Source: Camelus ferus
Taxonomy: Eukaryota
DNA: 64,000 bases
Assembly (NCBI RefSeq): GCF_009834535.1
Contig: NC_045697.1
Span: 55,988,001 to 56,052,000, forward strand
Reading direction: 5' to 3'
Position 1 is the stretch's first letter; each line of letters begins with the position of its first letter. Under the pieces are notes generated by a model. The model was not told the DNA's origin. It was given only the letters and a program-made list of their open reading frames with translations, and made no database searches. A program made the position numbers and the translations under genes. Positions 11,290 to 25,824 of the stretch are shown here, in pieces.

Positions 11290-11765
11290 ATGCATGAATG
11301 TTCATAGCAGCACTATTCCCCTAGCCAAAAGGTTGGAAAAACCCCAGTGTCCATCAACAGAATGAATTAATGAAATATATATAGCCATACAAGGAAATAT
11401 TCAGACATAAAAAGGAATGAAGTATCGATATATTGTGGATCAATGTGAGTGAAACTTGAAAATATGATGCTAACTGAAAGAAGCTAGACCTAAAATGTCA
11501 CATAATATGTAATTCCATTTGCATTAAATATCCAGAATAGGTAACTCCATAGAGACAGAACACAGATAGTGGTTGCCAGGGGCTGGAGAAAAAGAGAATT
11601 GGGGAGACTGCTTAATGAGTATGGGGTTTCCTTTTAGGGTGATGACATGATTTGAAAGTAGAGAGAGGAAATGGCTACACAATATTTTGCATGTACTGAA
11701 TACCCCTGAATTGTACACTAAAATTTAAAATTTTATGTTTTGTATATTTCACCTTAATAAAAATC
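11290..11765 (+). mobile_element. Old L1 (L1MB-like) 3' end
   Basis: gaatgttcatagcagcactatt...tgtccatcaacag...aaaaggaatgaagta...gtggttgccaggggctgg...aataaaa. Confidence 0.85.
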
Positions 11766-12119
11766 TTAGAACATATACAAGTCAATTTTAACTTGTTATG
11801 AAAAAACCAAAATTTTTTTTAAAAATCCTAAAGTATGATTGGTAATTCTTTGGGCAGAAATCACTGGACATAAATAGCAAGAAAGTGTGCCTTGACAAAC
11901 AGTAGCAACTCAACAAACTCAGGGTCAAACATGTAACTTTGATAGGTGTGAATTCTGAGACAACTTTTTAGATGTTAAAAGTTTTAGCAGGAGGTCATTA
12001 ACAGGGAGCCAGAAATAAAAGTGTTAAATAGAAAACGGTCAACTTGAAATAGTGGCTGAGAGGACATAGCAGAAACCAGAAATGTGATAGAGGAAGGAAA
12101 CAGAGAATACTCTTTCTTA

Positions 12120-12454
12120 TGTTATGAACTGAATATCTGTGTCCCTCCAGAACTCATGATGAAGCCCTGACTCCTAATGTGACAGTATTGGAAGCTGGTA
12201 ATTAGGTTTAGATGAAGTCATGAGGTAGGGTCCCCATGATGTAATAGTGTCTTTACAGGAAGAGAAAGAGAGACCAGAGCTGTCTCTGTCCTCCAGGTGA
12301 ACACACAGTGAGAAGGTGGCCATCTGCAAGGCATGAAGAAAGTTCTAATCAGAAACCAAATCTGCACCTTAACCTTGAACTTCCCAGCCTCCAGAACTGT
12401 TTAAGCCGCCCAGTCTATGGGATTTTATTATGATAGCCAGAGCTGATTAAGGCA
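12120..12454 (+). mobile_element. MLT1A-like MaLR solo LTR
   Basis: tgttatgaactgaat...gaaggtggccatctgcaag...cttcccagcctccagaactg...gattaaggca. Confidence 0.85.
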
Positions 12455-12509
12455 CCCTAGAACCCTAGCCTTCAAAGTTCTTGTTTGCTTAATCCTTAAA
12501 GTGTTTTTG

Positions 12510-13028
12510 GAGAAGAAATACATTTTTTAATTTGACACTTGTGCCACACTGCCTGTTGGCAGGTAAACACCCTTTTATTCCTTTTGTTCTGTCAAAGATC
12601 CTAGAAACCTTAAACTACACTTTTCTAAAAAGTGCTTGGCAGCAGAATCCTGAGGTACATTCTATCAGTGAGATTCATTTGAAGGAGGCTTAGAAAGCAT
12701 AAGAAGGGCAGAGTTATATTATTGTTTCCCTAGCAGAGGTTGAGGCTGTGTAGCCGCAGGCTTTGTGGTCAGCTCAAGACATTTCCTGGCAAATCAACAT
12801 CCTTAATTCTCTAGGCAGCTATAGTCATTGGTGTAGTTTTTCTCAGATTCTTGCAATTTCTTAATTCTCCGAAAGCTGTGAGTGAATCTGAAAGCTAGTG
12901 GAGATTTTCCTGAGCATTTCATCATCCCTTTCTATGGTTTTCTAAGTACCTAATTTGCTATTTAATTTCATTCCTGCTTAAAATATATGGAGTGTTTTCT
13001 GTTTTCCTGATGAAACGTATTCTATACT
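12510..13028 (+). mobile_element. LTR33-like ERVL solo LTR
   Basis: aaactacactttt...ttggcagcag... and 3' end ttcctgcttaaaata...gagtgttttctgttttcctga. Confidence 0.6.
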
Positions 13029-14929
13029 TGAAATGTCTAAATTTAATATTTTCCAAATATGTATTTGTGCCTTAATATATATTGTTATTGTGAATGTACT
13101 TTACATGTATTTTCATGAAAGTATTTTGAGCTGCAAGTCCAGGTCTTCCAACACATGAAAACATGCACAATTTGACTTAATGAGAAAGCAAGCTTTCGTT
13201 ATTAAAACGATCAGCAAGTCAGACTTAATTTCTGTCAGAAAAATCTCTCTTCTCTATTCAATTCCAGTATATATATTACTTATTTATTACACTCTCTAAT
13301 TTAGGGGTATTAAGATAGATAATAGATGATAAAGATAAATAGATGCATAAATATATGTATGTATACATAATGCACAGATTTGAAACCATGGAGTATATTG
13401 TTATAATATACTCACTTTAATATATCTTACATGTACTTTATGACCACAGGGCTCTCTTCAGTGGCTGAGACTTTTCCCAGTCATCTCTATGTTTGTGTCT
13501 TCAGAAATTTTTCCTTTTTTCTCCTCTATGGCAATTCCTCATTGACGGATGAAAGGTATTTCTTTTTATTACAAAAAAGTTGATTGGTTATTGTAAAAGA
13601 AGAGTTTGAAAAGGAAAATGAGGACCAGAAATAAGTTAATATTAGGAAAGGGTACATGTAACAATTGAGGGTCTGGACAATTATTCTCTTTAAATTATTT
13701 ATGCCCATATACTTCCTGGAAAACCAGAGGTTTGTGTCAGTTTGAAGACCACTACTGTAATAGCACATCTTTCTTTACTTTCTCTGCTTCCAAAATTAGA
13801 GGTTCTGGGGGTCTGAATAGTTACAAATTAACATGATACAGGTTTTTCCATTTTATATAACAGTCTTAGAAAGGATTTATGGTTTTTCAATACATGAATG
13901 TGTTTATGTGCTTACCACTGGTGAACTCTTTGTAGTAACATTCATTTAATATGATGTATTCACTATCATAATGCTGTAGTTTAGTATTAAACATTTTGAG
14001 GGCAACTGTTGCATCTTAGAGGCTATCCTCTCTTTCGACCCTTATATATGTTTGTTTATAGTAAAAACTATTCATTAGTCACTTACTATAAGATAGCATT
14101 ATAGTGAACAGCAGACAGAAGTGAACTAGGTTTCCTTACGGTGCACTCAGAATAGTGGTTCAATCTATTGTGAAGTGTCTAGGGTTCATACCAAACACAT
14201 AGATCTGTTGATCACATTCTCAACCAGCCTTTCTATCTATCATGAGAAAACATCATTCCACTCCTTTCCAAAGAAAAACACATGGAGAGTTTCAACCACT
14301 ACATTACAGAAGAAAGTACATTATAAAAATGTGTTAGCATTTTCTATGATTTTAACATTTACCAGATAATAAACAGAGTGCTTAACAAAAATTATCTAAA
14401 TTATTACCAAAATACATACATTAAATCTATATTATTTTCTTCATTTTCTATATGAATGGGCTGTAGGTTAAATTATTTCAGTAACTTATACGAAGTTCTA
14501 CATGTATTCGGTGCACAAACTTACATCGACTTTATTACAGGTTCCAGCTTGTTGCCACAACCAATTCTAGTCTTCGAAAGAGCAGATTCTTCCAGTAAGA
14601 GAATTCTGTTTATCTCTGCATCATATCCAGTTTTGCTTCAAATACACTAATGTGCTTATTACCTCTCCTACAATGAAGCAAATAAGTTTTGCTCTTTTCC
14701 CCTTTAGGATTTTGCTACACTGTTTTATACTGGCTAGGATATCCATTTCACATACACATCCCAAATATGATAAATAAATTCTGCCCTTTCTTTCAAAGCT
14801 AAGGTAAACTCCCATCTCCTAGAAGAAGTTATGCCATATTGACTTCCTTAGTGCTTGGCATGCTGCATATAAATCAGATGTGGCATATATCACATTCTTT
14901 TATCAATGTGGGTTCTAATATAAGGAGGT

Positions 14930-16300
14930 ATATTAATCCATTTAAATAAATTTCTATTAAAGATACACTTTAATTTTACTTTGTAGCTTCTACTTAGCAA
15001 AATTTTCTTTTGCATTTATTTACAGAATTCTTAACTTCTGTTTCTTTCTATTTTCTTTTCTGTGTATAGGGGTGTGTATGTTTGTGGGTGTCCTTCATTG
15101 GTTTCAAAAAGTTACATGCCTTTTATTCTAATTACTTTATTGAATATAAAAATTTTAGCATGCATACTTAACTGTATAATATTCCAAATTAACTAACCTT
15201 TCTATTCTTCCCCTGAACAATAAGAATATTGCAGACATTCCTATATTCCCCAGACATTATTGATTATTGATTTAGATCTACTAATTTTTGTTCTAAAATA
15301 TTTTAATAATAATACCATTACTAAAAATATAGTGAAAATTAGATTTACTAAATATTTTACTTTTTTTTTTACTCTTGTTTTTTGTGTACCAGTCCTTCTT
15401 TTTGTCTTTGATTCTCTTCTTGCTGGCAGATATCCTTTAGCAGTTTATTCAGAGAAGATGTAAGAGTAATAAATTCTATTAGTCTTTGTAAATCTGAAAA
15501 TTCACCCTTCTTCCAATAAAAGCTTAATTCATTAAAGAATTCTGGGTTGACTCTTATCTTCAGACACTTCTGGCCCCTGTTGCTCATGATAAGCCTGCAG
15601 CCAGTCAGAAACTTTCCATTTCAGGGATTCTGTCTCCTCCATATAATTGAAAAAAATTATATTTAGCTTGGGCATGCTGAAGATGTACTACTGTGTATTC
15701 AGCCATGTGTTTGGTATAACTTCCCCTGATTAGGATAAGAGGTGATTTTTCAGTCAGAGTTTATGTCTTTCTCTGTTCTAAAATAATTTCAGCCACTTTT
15801 TTTTTTTCAAATGTGCCTCTTTCCCATTATTTTTCCTTTTTGGAACTCCTATAATGTGCAAGTTGGAGCTTTTCTTAATAGATCTCTTATCTTCTTATGT
15901 TATATTCTGGTAATTTGCCTGAGAAAAATCTTTTTGAATAATAAGTTTTTTTTAAAGCTAGTTCACTCTTTCATCTGTCTAATTTTTAATAGCTATGTTG
16001 TTCATTTCTAGAATTTCAATTTGATATATTTTTCTTTCAAATCTACTTGTTTTTTCCCTGAGACTATCTTATTTTTGTTTAATTGATTTTTTTAATTTTA
16101 ATAGGCTTTTTGTAATGTCTCTTCTCTGTTTTATTGTATCTATAAACTCTTTATGACATGGTGATTTTTTTTCTTCTATTGTTTTGTAATTTTTACTAAT
16201 GAGCTCATCTTCAGCAGTTATTAATTTCATGGGAGTACACAGGCCTTGTGTTGTATCACCATTTTGTGGGGGCCACTTTATGCTTGGTTGTGCTGGAGTC
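14930..16300 (-). mobile_element. Ancient L1M/HAL1 fragment (ORF1 region, antisense)
   Basis: T-rich; ctttagcag...aaattct...ctttgt..atctgaaaa...agaattctgggttgac and ttcagccact...tttcaaat...ttttggaactcctat. Confidence 0.6.
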
Positions 16301-16879
16301 CCATTAATGCCTTCTTATAAAAAGAACAGTCTTCTCCAATTATATTTTTCTGTCTGTCTTCCACATTTAGATACCAAAAATGTATTTTTTCTCAATTAAA
16401 TTGATCAGTTAGCAACCAAACATCTTTCAGTCTGAATATAAAAGAAATTAATACCATGAAACTAAAGTCACAAGAACCCATGATTTATGTTGCAAATTGT
16501 ATCAACTAAATAATATTCAAATAAATAAGTTTTTAAAAGTCCAAATTCTACAATATTTTTGATCTGCTTTTTCTCTCACACAAGGAGAGAAAATAGGAAA
16601 AATATACTTGCAGAAAAGCGTCAAAGTTATTTTTTAGATATACTGATCTTGTTCTTCCAAGCCCTCATGCAAATATTTGTTTCCCAAGAAAGCCATTATC
16701 TGCTTCTTTCTAATAACAAAATGATAAGCTTTTATTGAGGGAAAAATAAACTTCCTAAAGGAGCAGGTTAATTCTAAGTACATTAATTATAAAAACAGTT
16801 TGAAATGTTAATCTATGTGCAAAACAATATCCAAAAATGAACCGTCTGTTACATTTGCCCTATAGTAGAATAATACAAG

Positions 16880-17400
16880 CTATTAGGAGGAAATTACACT
16901 GTTGCTAACCAGGCTCCAAATAAAGGATGCCATCTCTAGATATGTTCATAGAACATCTGCCATAAAATAAGGGAGATATATCATTAAAATATTTTATGCC
17001 TGCCTATAGAAAATGCATCAGTATACAGTCAGGTTTGCAACAGAGTAATAAGATCTATGCTGAAGTGCTTTACAGGAAATCCATCCATCTAAAGAATAAC
17101 TGGATCCTCTGACATAAATATAGAAAAATAAAATCAAAGGCATTTTTTCATCAGAATAATTTTAGAGAAATTATAACACAAATTTCACAGAAGTTATGAC
17201 AAAAATTGTATCATATTGGAAATCTGGAATTTTGAAATAAGCAGGGTTCATTTTAGGCCCAATCAAAGGGAGTTAAACCACAATATTATTAAACTTGATT
17301 TTAATACAAAACAGCTATTGGTTGGGCTCCACAGGTCAAAAACAATGATATATCTTCTTTAAAGAAAGTAATTAAACATTATACTATTTGGACTATAATA
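16880..17400 (+). mobile_element. Possible CR1/L3-type LINE 3' remnant
   Basis: ttttaggcccaatcaaaggga...taaactt...acaggtcaaaaac resembles CR1-type 3' ends; highly decayed. Confidence 0.35.
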
Positions 17401-17584
17401 AGTAGAGTATTTTTTTAACTTAGAGAAAAATCTATCAAATTCATTCCCTCTCACTCTCTTTCTCTCTTTGCTTCATGTAACTAGAAAATTAAAGAGTTCT
17501 CCTCCCTTAAGATATAAACAGTACAAATTTGCATAAAACTTGGAACCACTTCAAGTACAGACAAAATAAGTAATTGCCTTGGAT

Positions 17585-17740
17585 TACTGTCATAGCTCTG
17601 ACTCTTGGGTCAGGTTGTCATCATTCAATCACTGTTACCACTCACAGACCTTGGGAAATTTCACCTTTGCCCTCAGTTTTCTTGTCTATATAATGGTACT
17701 CACAGGAATGTTGGGTACATTCAATTGAAAGAAATATTGA
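17585..17740 (+). mobile_element. MIR SINE
   Basis: gaccttgggaaattt...cctcagttttcttgtctatataatgg MIR core. Confidence 0.65.
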
Positions 17741-18042
17741 TAGAGGACAAAAGAGACAGATAGAGATAGAGAGAGATCATGTCTTCTAATTCCTGGTCCA
17801 AAGAAATCACTCAAGTATCTGTTATTTTTCTCCCAGTGATTGGTGTTGTTGTTGTTATTTATATTATTGTTATGTGATAAAATTTATGGACTTTCAGATC
17901 CAGCATTGTAAAGTAACACCTTTTTATATACAGAAGGCCCAATTTAAATCCATTTATTTTTCATAGGAAAAACACATTAATAAACAGCAGTAATTTTTCT
18001 GTAACCTGGGCTAACTAACTTCTTAGTGCTATAGGTAGGATT

Positions 18043-18495
18043 TAGTCATTCATTTGGTCACTCAGCAAATACTTATTGAAATTTATTAAATGCTAGGTCC
18101 TGGCCTGATCCTGTAGATACAGTGGAGACCAGAACAGTTTAAATGCCTGCCATGGTAGAGCTTTTGTTATTGGAAAGCAAGAGTGGATAGACAAAAATAT
18201 TTTATAAATATACACATATATGTGTATATATACATATATATATAATGCTTATTATATTTTATATATCATATGCATATATATATTGTTAGACAGTGCTAAG
18301 TGTTATAATGTAGAAAGTATAACTGGACAAGGATGTGGAGAGTGTCGGAAAGTGAGGAAAGAAATTAGTTTAAATAGCGTGGTCAGAGGACTTCCAACCC
18401 AAATGAAATGAGAGAGTAAGCCATGAGAATATGAGGGAGACAAGGCAGGGCGATAACTGACCATGGATTGATCATGTTTGGCATGTTTGTTCACA
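18043..18495 (-). mobile_element. L2 LINE 3' portion with internal TA-rich microsatellite
   Basis: tcattcatt...cagcaaatacttattga...tgcctgccatggtagagctt...gtggtcagagga. Confidence 0.75.
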
Positions 18496-20274
18496 ATACT
18501 AACCTAGCAACTTGGCTAAAAGCTGTCATGTAACACCTGGCACATAGTAGACACTCAGCATGGGGTAGTTACTATTACGAAATGATGGATTAAGTATGGG
18601 CTATATGGCTATTGATTTGGGAGGACTAGAAATATCTGGGGAGAGAAATTCTCTGGTAAAGAAACCACCAAAGACCCTTGAAATTTAAAAAAGCACCAGG
18701 AGGAAAGAAGAAGCTATTAAAAAGAAAACAAGGAAAGTCCAAATATAAAAATTAGTCATTTTACTATTTTGCCAAATGAAAAGAGTAAAAATGTCCAGCT
18801 TCCTTGAGGATTTTAGGATTAAGTCCATCATGTCTTCCCTAAGTCAGTTTCCGCCACTCTGTTAGACCTCTCAAGGAAATCTTGCGAATGTACAGCATGT
18901 TAAAAATGCAAGTAGAGTTAATACTTTATACAGGTTTAAATAGATAAACATTTTGTCTATATTTGCATGATTCTCTTTTGTCATATTTTAAAGCATTTAG
19001 AAATTATTCTAGAACAAAGAATCTTAGCAGCTGTTAGGAAGTAACAAAATAAATCAGAAAATATGAAGTTAAATTGATTGAAGGAATTCTGATACCTACA
19101 AAATAGAGCATTAATAAGTTTACCTGAGTTAAAAAGATATATGTTAAATACTTAAATGTACAAAGTGACTCCTAACACCTGGGATAGGTGGGGGTCGGGG
19201 GAGAGAAAAGGAAATAATTTTGTCCCAAAAGGCAAGCTATAAAAGCAGCGTAAAATGGATGATGGCAAACTCAGTGAGAAGTAGAGGGGATCAAGGGCTA
19301 TACACATTTTGACAGAATTAATAAACATAACTAAACAAAGAACATGTCTTTCGGAATAAAAGATAGGAAAAAAAAATCAAGGGAGTAAATGCCGGAATCT
19401 GTCATACTCTCTGTCAACCACTGTCCAAGGGACTGAAAGTTTTGTCCAAAGACTTCAGTATTAGAGTCCACTGGTAAGACCATCACTCCCTTTGGTTGCT
19501 GCCAATAACAGTTATGAACGTGCCTACTTACTCCAATGGCCCCATGCTAATTAAGTTGTTTTCTTACCATAATTTGAACTATGATATAGGGTTGGCTTAT
19601 AAGGAGCAAATATACTGGTCATCTTAATGTGACTTTATCATTCATGTGATTTTTTTATTTCTCATTTTTCATTATTCAGTTGTCAGTCTGTCTTTTATCA
19701 GTCTCTGATACTGTAAATCTACCCGGAAAGACACATGCATCAGGGTATCAGGATCTGCAATATTAAGATCCATATTAGGAACCCAAGTCAATTCCCCAAG
19801 GAAACAGCCCTCTTCAAGGCTTTGAGACAGCCAGCCTTTCCACGAGCCACTCTACTCTATTCAAATTCTTTAACTATCCTCCAGACATAATTTTTCACTT
19901 TTACCTGTCTTTGCCAAAAACCATTTTCAGTATTTGACAGCTGATCCTACCACCTCTTAAAATCTTATCAGTCATTCCAGGTTTTAAAATTCATTTAAAA
20001 ATCACGCCCTTCTGAATTATCTGGCAGAAGTAATATTTTGGTTTTTTAGCTCTGTAATATGCTTTAAATCTTATATATGTATGTGTAAACATAAATTTAT
20101 ATGTATGACTACATATTATATGATTTTATATTGTTTTCTACTTGTGATGTATATCTCTTCTCTCTCCTAAATGATAAACCACTTAAAAGAATGATGAGGT
20201 ATTATTATTTATTATATGTAGTAAGAACTTCTGGAGATCTATTTTTAAAACCTGGATTTTTTTAAACTTTTTAA

Positions 20275-21910
20275 AAGACTTTATTTTTTGGAAAAGTTTT
20301 AGGTCACAGCAAAATTGAGAGCAAGCTACAGAGATTCCCCGTCTAGCCCCTGCACCAACACATACATGGCTTTCTCCATTATCAATATCTCCCACCAGAG
20401 TGGTAAATTTGTTACAATTGATGAACTTACATTGATACATTATAATCACCCCAAATCCATACTTCCCATTAGGGTACACTATTGGTGTTGCACATTCTAT
20501 GGGTTTGGATAAATGAGTAATGACATGTATCCATCATTGTAGGATCATACAGACTATTTTCATTGTCTCAAAAATCCTCTGTGCTTCACCTATTCTCCCC
20601 TGCCCCCAACCTCTGGCAACCACTGATCTATTTACTATCTCCATAATTTTACTTTTTCTAGAATATTATATAGTTAGAATCATACAGTATGTAGTCTTTT
20701 CTGATTGGCTTATTTCACTTAGTCATACTCATTTAAGTTTCCTCCATGTATGTTTTCAGGGCTTGATAGCTCATTTCTTTGTAGCATTGAAAAATATTGC
20801 ATTGTCTAAATGTACCAAAGTTTATTTGTCCATTTACCCACTAAAGGACATCTTTGTGGTTTCCAGGTTTTGGTAATTGTGAATAAAGCTGCCATAAACA
20901 TTTGTGTCCAGTTTTTTGTGTGGACATGTTTTCAACTCCTTTGAGTAAACAGCAAAGAGTGCTGTTATTGCTGGATCATATGGTATGAGTACGTTTAATT
21001 GTTAAAGAAGCCACCAAAATGTTTTCCAAAGTGGCTGTACCATTTTTCCATTCCCACCAGCAATGTATGAGAGTTCCTGTTGCTTCACATCTTCCCATGA
21101 TGTTGTCGGTGTTCTGGATTTTGGCCATTCCAATAGGTATGTGGTAGTATCCCATTGTTGTTTTAATATTTATTTCCACGATGACCTATGATATGTCTTT
21201 TATATTCTTACTTGCCATCTGTATATCTTCTTTGGAAAGGTATCTATTAAGATTTTTGGCCCATTTTTAAATCAGATTGTTTGTTTAATTACTATTGAGT
21301 TTTAACAGTTTCTGGTATATTTTGAATAACAGTCCTTTATTAGATGTGTCTTTTGCAAATATTTGTTCCTAGCCTATGGCTTTTCTTCTCACTCTCTTAA
21401 CATTGTGTTTCACAGACTCGAAATTTTTAATTTTGAGGAGGTTCAGTTTGGTATTTTTGTTAGGGATTGGGACTTTGGTGTCTTATCTAAAAAGTCATTG
21501 CCATTCCTAAGTCCCATCTAGGTTTTCTCCTATAGTATCTTCTAGGAATTTTATAATTTTGCATTTTACATTTAGGTCCATGATCCATTTGGAGTAATTT
21601 TGGTGAAGGGTGGAAATTCTGTGTCTAGATTTTTTTTTTTTTTTTTTTTGCTTGTGGATGCTCAGTTGTTCCAGCACCATTTGTTGAAAAGACTGTCTTT
21701 GCTTCATTATAGTACCTTTGCTCCTTTGTCAAAGATCATTTGACTATGTTTATCTGGATCTATTTTTGAGTTTTCTATTCGTTCCTGTGGTTTACTTGTC
21801 TATTCTTTCACCAATAATAGCACACCGTTTTGATTACTGTAGCTTTATAGTGAGCCTTGAATTCAGGTGGTATCAGTATTCCAACTTTGTTCCTGTCCTT
21901 CAATATTGTT
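20275..21910 (-). mobile_element. L1MC-like LINE (3' UTR plus end of ORF2)
   Basis: agactttattttttggaaaagttttaggtcacagcaaaattgag 3' end; ORFs 20976-21179 and 21507-21707 are ORF2 C-terminal remnants (HCWWEW). Confidence 0.9.
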
Positions 21911-24319
21911 TTTTCTGGGCCAAACTTGGAAAATTTTGTATTAAACATTCTTATGTACCAAAGCTTCTTTGTACTATATTTAGGCACATAGAGTTAATTG
22001 ACAATAGTTGTTAACTTCATTCAGGTACTACTTCTCACAGAAGAGATAACACCCGTAACATTGTTTTACGTCAAGCAATAGTAGAAAAAAAATAATAATA
22101 CATTGTTCTGAAGAGACAATTTGTCCACTTACTGGGAATGATTTATCTGGAAATGATGATAAAGAATCTCTTCCATATAGAAGTGAAGAGTTATTTCCCC
22201 TCTGGGTCTAGCTGTCTGACTGCCTAGCTACATGAATTTGCTTAGCACATAAGTGCCAAAGCTATTGCAGGCAAAATAGGTAAGGGAGGTTTTTTCCTGA
22301 TCAAGCTTGGCCTTGATTGTTTTAACTCTAAAATCTTACCATTTTATAGAACAAGGAGATTATAGCATTGTGTACATCCATTCTTCTGTATTGCTTCTGA
22401 ACTGTGAGCTTTATAGGTAAAGTTCAGTACAGAAAGGGAGACTGAATGGTCTAAGGCCATATTAAGAATCTGCACCAGACTGTCATTAGAACTTGAGCAC
22501 TTGCAGACAAGCCTGCGCCCAAAACAGGAGCCTGTGTCAGTCCCTGTGTCAGTCTTAATCACTATGAAGTGACACTATTAACTACAAAAAGCACTTTTAA
22601 CTAAAGGGATTTCTAGCCTAATATCAACATCCAAGTCAAAGGAAAACAACGTTTCCAGGTAAAAAGGAAGGTATAAATACTGTACAAAGATGACATTTAA
22701 AAATTCCCTCAGCATTGATTTTAAGAGAATTTGGTCCAATTAGAATTAAGTCACAAAAAAGAGATAAACTCTTTTGTATGACCCAATCAGCCAGCATTGT
22801 GCTTTTTCCATGTTATAATTTTAAGTTCTGAACAAGAGTCAAGCTTAAGCCTAAGCAGTAGAGCTATTATAGGAACAGTTGGGGGCAGGTCTAGAGAAGT
22901 GGCTGAAGAATCTCCTGGGAATCCTTAGCAAAAAAGGAGCCAGACACAGGGAGATAGACTCACTTACACACAGCCAACTTTGTCATTAAGGGGTTGGTGA
23001 TCTAGAATATTAACCCTCCGCTCTGTCCTCCATTCCGGTGCTAAGAGTTCTATGAAGACAGGGATAATGAGTTAAAAGGGCAAAGATATTTGAGTAAAAG
23101 ATTTATAGCAGGGTTTTCTCTCCATTCTGACACAGTGTAGCTCAGAGGATCTCACATTGTTCTCTCCCAGTTCCCTCCAAACCACCTTGTTCATTTGGCA
23201 CCAAGACTTTATACATGAGCAAAGGCATTTAGCAGACTGGCAAAGCTTCATGGCAAGAGATTGCAGTCCCCAGTAAAGCAGCAGTACATTTCATAGAGGC
23301 CCACTTGGAGAATGTAAAGTTGAGTAGGTTGGTGCCAATGCCCAGAGGGGGAGAGCAGCAGTGGTGGTGGCAGGTGGTGGGAGCAGACTTGTTTGCAAGA
23401 AAACGTGAGATACTTTCTAAAATAGTAAGCAGGGGCCTTTGTTGAGCACAAACATTCTTCCATCTGTTCCAGAGGTAAGTTGCCAGTGGAATTCCTTATC
23501 GGCTCACAGGCTGGTGAAACTTAGGGAGATAAGGTAAAGGTAGATCTAGGGTAACATTGCTGGTTTCTATATAATAGTTCTGTAATATTTGAGGGTTAAC
23601 TGATTCTTATGCATGTGATGGTCACAACTTCTGATTTTAACCTTAACAAGTTTATGCTTGTGCTTTATCATTAGCAAGATTTCAAGGTTATAATTATAAA
23701 GCCAGACAAAACCATCTTATAAAAGCTATCCAAGATCCAATCAGATGCCATTTTTATGTATATAATACTTGTGAAACTGGCACAATGGAAAGAAAATATA
23801 TATACATATGAATAGAGGACTGAGTTCTGCCAAAGAGATCAAAGAGGTAGAACAGAATTAATAGGGATATAAAGAGTCTAATAAAATGGCATTAATGGTT
23901 CTCTAGAGGTAGGTGGCAAGACATTTTAAATATCCCAGTAAAGCCAGAAATAATGTAAATCCCAACTGAGTAATGAAAACAGTTATATGCAAACTTAGAT
24001 GTGCTTGAAAGATTGTGAGAATAAATAGTATCAGAAGAATTGGCTGATGATGTGATTTAAATCCAGTTCTTAAATTTAGAAGTCTCCTTTGACGTCACTA
24101 TGCGTAAGACTTGAAATGTCCATAGATAACAATAGCAAAAGCTCCATACCATGCCCAAGACGTGGGCCTCTGATTAATTGGAACCTCAAGACACCAACTG
24201 GCTCTAGAAGGTGGAATCAATTCCTTAGTGGAGAAGAGTTTTTAATCCTGAAGAAATTTAGAGTTAAGCATTAAAATAATTAAATAAGTGAAACTCATCT
24301 CTGTTTATGTTAGTGAATG

Positions 24320-24455
24320 ATATAGAAAGTTCATTCATTTTATGTGTCAAACATTGTTGCAGACTCTGGAATAGAATGATAAACAAGAGTCTACGTCCTC
24401 CTCGTGGAGTCTATAATCTAGAGGAAAAGATGAAGAGTACTCAAGTAATTACACA
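24320..24455 (-). mobile_element. L2 3' end
   Basis: ttcattcatt...tatgtgtcaaacattgt...tggagtctataatctagagg. Confidence 0.6.
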
Positions 24456-24504
24456 TATTATATATAGTATGTGTATATAGTATGATATTATATGTGTAGT
24501 ATGA

Positions 24505-25260
24505 TACTGTATTTTATCAAATCTGAAATGCTATCAGTTATAAGATGTGCTATTTTTACTAAGAAAGCAGACAACAACAACTGATAATTAAACTATGGTG
24601 CAATACTTTTAATCTATTAGATTTTTATATTTCATATTTTTAAGTTTTTTGGCCATATTTCATCATATATTACTCTTGGTCATGTAGGAAAGTGCATAAA
24701 AGTGAAATCAACTGGATAATGTTTTCTTAAAAATGTTTTCAATTCACAATCAAGCTCCCCTTAGTCCTTAGTAGTATTAATGTCACCACACACACACACA
24801 CACAATCATTCTCTGTGTTATCAGAAATGTTAATGCTATAGATTTCTTACAAATGAACTCTATTTTTGCTTCTAAAATTTTCTTTTAAGCCACTGAACCC
24901 CATTCTGCAATTTTGGTGCCAGTAATTTCTAGTTTAGCATGTGAAAAGCAATCTTTGTGCATAGAATTCAGTAACAAAATATAACCCATCTTCATCTATT
25001 ATAGGTATCTCTTTTTCAGGTACCATAAAAAATTCATTGCTACTTTGCAAGTAAATGTGGAGATGCAGTGATTGTCCCATTGACTTACCTTCGCTGCTCT
25101 ATCAAATTCATGCCACGTTGCTATTCCCATGCATTTCTGCACTCACAAAGTCCAGTTTGCTTTACTGCCAAACAAGTGCCATTTAAAAAAATTAAATAGC
25201 AATTAAACATCACAAATGTAATGCCAAAAATGCACATAACTTTACAGTTTGCAAGGTCAT
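24505..25260 (-). mobile_element. Internally deleted pogo/Tigger-type DNA transposon (Tigger17/MER96B-like)
   Basis: Terminal ctgtattttatcaaatct...tcagttataagatg; minus strand holds decayed transposase N-terminal HTH sequence and a C-terminal KIAEW..VA*KKI segment. Confidence 0.65.
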
Positions 25261-25329
25261 TTTAGAGTGATAAGCCAGCAAAGGTGACAGAAAAGTAGTT
25301 GTTAAGAAGTAGACAAGTAAACCACTTAA

Positions 25330-25810
25330 GCCAAGAGAACAAAAGGCTTTACTGTGTTAAAAACTACTAAGATGTTAAGATAGAAAGGACTTTTTAAAAT
25401 CTCATCATGTTCAGTGACAAAAGGGCAATAATGAACTTGGAAGCAAAATCTTCTGGAGGAGTTGTAGCTACATTTTGGATTGAACACAAACAAATTGGAA
25501 TGTGTGTGGTGTATAAATAATTCTAAGTGAGTAAGGTTAATTAGTATAGACAATTCTCTTAAGAAGTTTGGCTTTAAATAGAATGAAAAGAATGTGGCAG
25601 TTGCTTAGTTATGAGTGAGATGGAGGCAACTATATATTTTTAAGACTTGGGAAACTTGAACATATCTAAGTGCCATGAGGAAGGATCCAGTAAACTGCGG
25701 AAAAGGGCAGACAAAGAAAACCAAGGGGTTAATGAATATTGTATAGTGCCTGAGAAAGCTTGTAGGCAATGGGGTTGGGCTAAGTAGTCACTGAGGGATG
25801 TTATTCTTTC
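25330..25810 (-). mobile_element. L2 internal fragment
   Basis: agtatagacaattctcttaagaagtttggct...gtggcagttgct. Confidence 0.6.
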
Positions 25811-25824
25811 ATTTGAGATTAATT

